The notes under the pieces were generated by a model, which worked only from the letters and a program-made list of their open reading frames with translations, was not told the origin of the DNA and searched no databases. The translations under genes and the position numbers were made by a program. 64,000 nucleotides of DNA from Tubulanus polymorphus (lineage: Eukaryota; Animalia; Nemertea), in contig NC_134036.1 in assembly GCF_964204645.1 (NCBI RefSeq), forward strand, positions 868,001 to 932,000, read 5' to 3'. This document shows, in pieces, positions 57,359 through 64,000 of this stretch; the first letter of the stretch is position 1, and every line of letters starts with the position of its first letter.

Positions 57359-59199
57359 CTTGTATATGCTTGGCTTTCCCCACCAGTGCGTTCAATCGTG
57401 GATAGATGTCGTCTTCATCGAGAAAAGTGATACAACCAACGCGCCATCTATAGGTAAAAAACATTGGCGGTTGTGGTACTCACGGAAAGGTGAGGGCTGG
57501 TTGTTAGGTTGATGTGTGAATCTTCACAGTAATCTTCTTGGTGGATTTCGATATGTTGACAAGGAAATTAATGCTCAATACAAAATGGTTACTTTCTCGA
57601 AGACATTTCTGGACCCATTGCGCAAACAAAAGCAAAACAAAACAACACAATTTATACAGATACATGACGTGTATAATCAATAATCATACAGTATTTTTTT
57701 TAATATACAAAATTTTATAGCGTTTGAATGTATTGTGAAAATATACATTTATGATACATGATTTATTTCATTGTTTGTAGTTTACTGGTTTTTTATTCAA
57801 ATGTTATTTCTAAACAGAGATATTTATCAGACACAGAAATAGATGACGCACTGCTTTCGTACGATTCGTCACATTTAAAAATAATCAGATTTTTCGGGGA
57901 TTCCGATGAATATGAGAGAAGTTCAAGTTATACACATTTTATTTCATGTAGATTCGGTGTAACTCGGAGCGAAGTTTTAAATGTCACCGATAGAAAACGA
58001 CAACCGAAGATACCTTTACCTCCGTCGTTTCTTATTGTTACTACGATATGGTTACCATGGTTTCTCAAAGTCAGTGACGTATTACATGTACTACACAGAC
58101 TCAGGGGAGCAGAGACAATAGTTCGAAGGTCTGACTCTAGGTGGCAGTATTTTAAAAACCGATTCCCCTAAAAACATCAACTAAATTGGTCCCTAGAATT
58201 TCCCGACATTATTCCATTAATAGCACCATTATTTTTTGTTAGTGGCGCCACCTTTTAGGAGCGATAAGAAGCTAGCAAAATGCAATTTTCCCGTAAACAT
58301 AAAACATAAGGGTAGAAATGTGAATATACCTATGTTAAACATATAATCGTACAATTAGTTACCGATTAATTGTTTGTCCATCGAGTTGAGAGTCAAATTT
58401 GAAGAAAAAAAGATTTCAAAGCAGAAAAGCAGCCGCCAATCTGGTGGCGGTTCCTGAAAAGTTGGTTAAAGATAACCGGTAAATAAATACCATTGTAACA
58501 ATGAAGTTTTAATTGTCACCATGTCAACCTATACACTGGTGGTTAACTATAAACAACTTTTCAGCAACTGCAGCCTCGGTCTGTACCAACCCCTTTCAGA
58601 CAAACAACTGTTGAATGGCTAAGTCTGGACTAAAATCGATGGTTCAGACAAGAAACCCTTATTCATTTCCAAAGAAAAATATCTAAGGTACGTTATTGGA
58701 TAATTGTGAATGTCTGTTAAATGTCTGGAGGGGGCGTGTATAGGTCGATAGCTGCAACAATTCAAATAGAAATTGTCACCAAGACGATTTGATCGTCATA
58801 GAAACGATGAACGTAGTAACGAAATTCCGACCCGAATAAACAGAGACAATAACTACGACGACTGGTTGATTCTACTAATCACGGTCAGCCGTACATACTC
58901 TAAAAAATAATCAACAAAACAAAGCAACTATAAAGAATATTCCGGTACGTCGTAAACCTGCTAATAATTCGTACGAATGAATAAAATTTCTTTTTACATA
59001 ATTCGTAATAATGTTCGATTGCGCGGGTGCGCGCGTATGAATAATAACTAACATAATCTGAGGAAATTAAAGACATGCGCATGTCGTCGTTTATGTACAT
59101 GCGCATGTGTACGACATGACATGCACATGTGAAAATTCATTACCGATTCATCATCTTGATCTATATACATACAATAATAATAACTATCATAATATAAAA

Positions 59200-59200
59200 T

Positions 59201-59250
<50 letters not shown>
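59200..59250. repeat. (AAT)n microsatellite
   Basis: Direct inspection. Confidence 0.95.
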
Positions 59251-59678
59251 GGCAATTCATGTTACTTTTATAAAAAGAAGTTTTTCTAAAATAATGTTTT
59301 TGTCTTCTTCGCGTTTTACCAACTGTGTTATTAAGCGAATGCAAACCGCCAGAAAATATAAACACTGACAGAGCCTTCGTCTGTACGTCGAAAAAACAAA
59401 GTTAAAATTTCGATCGAGTCATTTGCGCAGTCGTATCTTAGATTTAAGACCGGTCTAAACTCATCATCTCGGTTCTAAAGCTAATTCTATTTTAAAACGG
59501 TAGAAAATCGGTAATAATTCACCAACGGATTTTTTGGGCCCCTAGATCAAAGGACGGTCAAGACGATATATTAGAAGACAAACTGTATGTTGTTAGATGG
59601 CTATAAAGAATCGAATGAAGCTTTACAGTTGAGAAGAGTCCAAACTGTAAGTAATAGTGTAACTCTAGTGGGTCTTAA

Positions 59679-59937
59679 CCCTTTCAGTGCGTCTACACCG
59701 CAGTGCAGTGTATGAATTGGTGATGGATTTTGCTAGTACATCGCACTGCGGTGTATTGATGTAATTAGTAATTAATTTTTGCACCTGTCAAACATTGTGA
59801 AATATTAGTAACTAACGATACACCGCGCCGCGGTGTAGACGCACTATAGTGGTATTCTTGTTATTCAACACACTAGGGTGGAAATTTTCAAATCATTTCC
59901 AGCAATATAGGGTATTGATTAGTCAGCACTGAAAGGG
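59679..59937. mobile_element. piggyBac-like MITE with TTAA TSD
   Basis: TTAA-ccctttcagtgc...gcactgaaaggg-TTAA. Confidence 0.85.
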
Positions 59938-59989
59938 TTAAGAGACGGCCAGGACCTTTTTATAGGTTGTTATCCCTCACAACCTGACT

Positions 59990-60105
59990 AAGTTAGCAGA
60001 GGCTTAGTCAATGTATGTGTCTCGGCGGCCAACGCCAGAGGTGATTTCGAACTAGGGACCTCTTGGTTCGCAATCCTCCACTCAACCAACTGAACTAACT
60101 GCGCA
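59990..60105 (-). mobile_element. tRNA-derived SINE fragment
   Basis: Minus strand tagttcagttgg (A box) ... agttcgaaatc (B box-like). Confidence 0.45.
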
Positions 60106-60930
60106 GGACAAGTTTTAGACCGATCTTAAATCTAAGCTTCAACGAAGCCATACGGCCCAAGTTTTATCGATTCAATAAGCGAAATATTATAATGTAAAAG
60201 TGATTTAACATTTCTTTGAAAGTTATTCATACTCTTCCTGGCGCACCAGGTCTTTTTATACAAGATGTAGGTCGTAAACAATATACCGATAACTTCTTCA
60301 ATTTTTAATATATATACATTTATATATATATATATCTATATATCTATACTTAACATAATACGTAATAATAATAAAAATAATAATGATAATAATAGATAAA
60401 ATAAGTAAGGATAAATGACGTTTGAACTGCCGCAGTTTTCTGCAACTGAAACCTGAAGTTAAACGAGTTTTGGACCCATAAAAGCGACGTAACGAATAGG
60501 AAAAAAAAAACTGTAGGAAGCCACCTGCGGCGAGTGTTGAGACAATCATGAAAAACAGTTTCAATATATATCTCTATAACCAACGATGTGTCTCTTTTTT
60601 TTAAATTTCTTTTTTTTTCCTTAGAAAAAAATTGATCCCTGAAAGTCATAAAACCGTTGTTTTTCGTTAAATCTTCTCGCGAGTCCGTCGTCCGTATTAT
60701 AGCCTTACTCTTTATACCGAACACTAGGTGTCGCCGGCGTATGAGGGTGTAGCTCTTATTAAAGGCGTAAATTATTTTTCGGCAAAAATAGAAAAACACA
60801 TTTGAGACAGATGTTCATATTGAAGACTAAAGTGGCGATTTAAAACACACCCTCGTCGCCGGCGACGACTGCTAGGTGGCGCTAGCTAATACACAGACGA
60901 AAAGAGGGACTCGGCGGAGTGACGCTCCAA

Positions 60931-63088
60931 TCATTGGAACTCAGTATTATCGGATGAGAAGAGCTCTTTATGTAACGCCGGGAACTCAATAGATGGCGCC
61001 GTTTTTTTGAAGTTGTTCAATATCGCGATGTGTTTACCGCTCAACTCGCGTAGCAACGGTAACTTCTGCAACACGACGCCTAGCAACGATTCATTGTCCG
61101 GATGATTTTTGCCGATTTCCATTTTGAACGCCGACAGTATACGATCCTGGATCTTCTGAATTTGAGTGGCGTCCTTCACGCCTGGACGGTCTGTCGAATA
61201 AATCAAAATAACAATCACTGTGGATACATAATGACTGGGGGGCGATCGAGGAAATTTTTTGGGAGGCCCAGGTCCTGACGAAAGGAAGAGATATTTCGCA
61301 ATTAAAGCATCTATGTCAAAGAGCACTAGCGAGGCCTACACTTGATGTTATCATATTTGAAGAAATAAATCCTAATTGTGACAAGTGTCAAATCTACAAA
61401 ATTTTGACACAAACTCTTGTTTTGATGAATAGGGCAACCCCCCACGAGGAAGGCGGATACTGGACGCCGATGACTCAGGATATTTACCGGGACTGAGCAG
61501 TACAATCGCGCTGAGCAAAGCAAGTTCCATATCAGTGAGTTTATAACTGATCAACTCCGTCGCCAGTTCAAATATAGACTGTTTGAAGTTTTCTTCCGAT
61601 TCATCTGAAACCGATAAAAGAATCGATTTTAATCCCCCTATGACATCATCATACCGATACGAATCCCCCTATGACATCATCATACCGATGATACTGATGT
61701 GAAAAGATGGCTGACTAAACGAAACCCCTTATGACATCATCAAATTCATGCCGGATATTAAAACTACATGAAAAGATGGCTGCCTTAATAAATCCCATTA
61801 TGACATCATTAAACGCATGTGGTGATTGATATGAACATTTCTTGAAAAGATGGCCGCCTCCACAAATCCCCTCATGACATCATCATATACTTGAACTTAC
61901 CTAGACCAGTAAATACGCTGAGTGGTACGAACGTCGTTCCAAAGATGGCGCTATCGCTCGCTATATCGTACGCTCTCGATAATCGCAATAAAGCGATTTC
62001 GAAACTACCTGAAAAAACAACAGACCGGAAAAATACGTTTAGAATACCGGCGTTACTACTGCTGCCCCCTGTAGGGTATACACGCGAACTAACCGGCTTT
62101 CAGTAACATTATTTGGTCGTCTTGCAGGAAGCCCATGAATCCCGGAATCATTTTAGCGAATTCGATAATTTGTTGAACGGTGATCGTAATTTTTTCCGCG
62201 ATCTCTTTCCACATTTCTTCTCGAGACTGAAACGAATCGCGATCAAATGAAAATTAAATCGAAAAAGATGAAATCATAAAAAGACGAAATACGCATCATG
62301 CAATTCTGAAAGGTTCGGAAAAAAATCAGAAAATTACCAGCGATTTCAGAGTTTCGTAAACGTCGATAGGTGGCGCTTGCGAGCGTAATCGGTCGATCTG
62401 ATCCGTGCTCAATAGACATGTTCTAACGTGAGCCTCGCCGATAGCTTTCACTAATAAACCTAAAAACACAATGAATCGGTCAAAAATCATCAATCTTTCA
62501 GTTTAAAACTTTCCATTCAAGTTCCGTAAAACATCCCCCTATGACATCATCGAATTGATACGGTGATATAGAAAAGATGGCTGCCCTCCATAAATTCCCC
62601 AATGAAATAAAACTGATGTGACAATCAAACCTTCAAATAGAGATGTCTACTCTCACAAATTTCCCTATGACATCATCAAATTGATGTGATGATATAGACC
62701 ATTGCAGAAAAGATGTCTGCCTTCTATGAATCCCCCTATGACATCATCAACTTGATGTGTCAAAGTAGACACTCTCAGCAAAGATGTCTTCTTTCAGAAA
62801 TCCTCCCATGACATCATCAAACTGTAAATGAATCTATTGATGATGTCATAGGGGGATCTCTGGACCGGTTTTTTTTTTTACGTACCGAGGTCGAGTTCTT
62901 CTGGAATTTTGATAATCGGTTGAACGGGTGAAACATTGTACATATTCGGGTCCATCGTCTGCCCGGCCGTGTGCTGCCCGTGACCAGTAGGGGGCGCCGC
63001 TAGCACCGGCGAGTATTGTTGCATTTCGTTCGGCGAACTGTAAACGTAACCATTCGCTGCGTAACCGTATTGAGGAGGAGGGAGGTAG
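60931..63088 (-). CDS. HR3: Nuclear receptor HR3/ROR (NR1F), hinge and ligand-binding-domain exons (5' part lies outside the window)
   Basis: Exons 62886-63088, 62338-62459, 62094-62226, 61901-62008, 61488-61604, 60931-61190. [47 protein letters not shown], and AF-2 [10 protein letters not shown]. Confidence 0.9.
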
Positions 63089-64000
63089 CTATAGCAACAA
63101 CACGCAACAATACACACACACCACACAACAATGAAATCGACCGTGGCAGTGCGCGCGCGGGAAGACACGCGGAGACGGGGGAGGGGAAAAAAAGAGAAAA
63201 ACAAAAAACAACGTCACAACAACGAAAATAAAAACCATGCCAAAATAAACCACTAGCGAAATAATCAAAACACAGCGTGAAAAATATTGTTGTACATCAG
63301 TTTCAAAGACCCGCGAAAATAAACAACTACAGAAATAACCGATTTTCAACTGAAGAGGTTTCAAATACAAGTCGGTGTCTAAGAAACTGATTTCAGACTC
63401 GTAAAGAAAATGTCAAAAACTTCCTTTTTTTTAAAAATATATCTTCAAATTTACGTAAAATTCTCCGAGATTTCGAGAACGCGACCTTTTTTTCGTTACG
63501 AGTTTCAATATCGATATTTTTTATCATTTTTAATCACGAGATGAAAAAGCGTTGACCACAATGCACCAGTCAGTACCCACAATGCACCACCAACTACAAG
63601 TCGACCTTGAATTAGTATTGATTAATTTTCGTCTATCTAAATCTATGGTGGAACCTCACTTGCCACAGCAGAGTCCGTGAATATCTGATAAACGGAATTT
63701 TGGCAGCCATCTTGAAATGATTACGAACGGCAGAGGTTCCGACATAGATTTTCATCGAAACAACAACAATGCGATTATCATTTTAGAGCGGTATAGGCTG
63801 TAACCACGGCAACGACACATCCAACGCCAAACACGTAACAGCGCCACCTGTTGGGAAAAATGTAAGAAATCGACCCAAACGCCCGGATGACCGAGTAACC
63901 GTGGTGATAACGAGGTTCGAGATGGTTTTTTTCGGATCACCGGTCGATTGGGACGATTCTTCTTCGCTAAAAACAAAATTGAAAACTGGAAAACGAAAAA

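Overview
Gene-dense, intron-rich genomic DNA from an invertebrate animal. It looks lophotrochozoan-like, but the species cannot be determined from sequence alone. All exon models were assembled by hand from GT-AG sites and checked for reading frame. Genes in order: 5' part of a VPS4/katanin-clade AAA+ ATPase (-); FBXL17 (+); Rab8 (+); an ~11 kb non-coding, repeat-rich interval; cytosolic aconitase/iron regulatory protein ACO1/IRP (-); two tandem TMEM267 paralogues (-); an ARM-TIR-SAM gene (+); three tandem DED + TRIF/TICAM-like TIR genes (-); and the ligand-binding-domain exons of nuclear receptor HR3/ROR (-). Many MITEs, tRNA-derived SINE heads and intronic minisatellites are interspersed. 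Two things stand out. (1) The IRP gene carries a frame-preserving 225-nt exon (33701-33925) encoding a homologue of the Cys-rich 73-aa insert that defines vertebrate IRP2 (PNPGGG...LCPYHRQP), at the homologous position, in a protein that keeps the aconitase catalytic residues. One gene may therefore make both IRP1-like and IRP2-like isoforms. (2) A compact putative innate-immune/cell-death locus at 41.4-57.4 kb: a possibly NAD-cleaving ARM-TIR-SAM gene lies tail-to-tail with three mosaic DED-TIR adaptor genes, each with a kappaB-like site just upstream of its ATG. These DED-TIR proteins are not visible in the ORF track because of splicing. Domain calls come from motif recognition, not from database searches.
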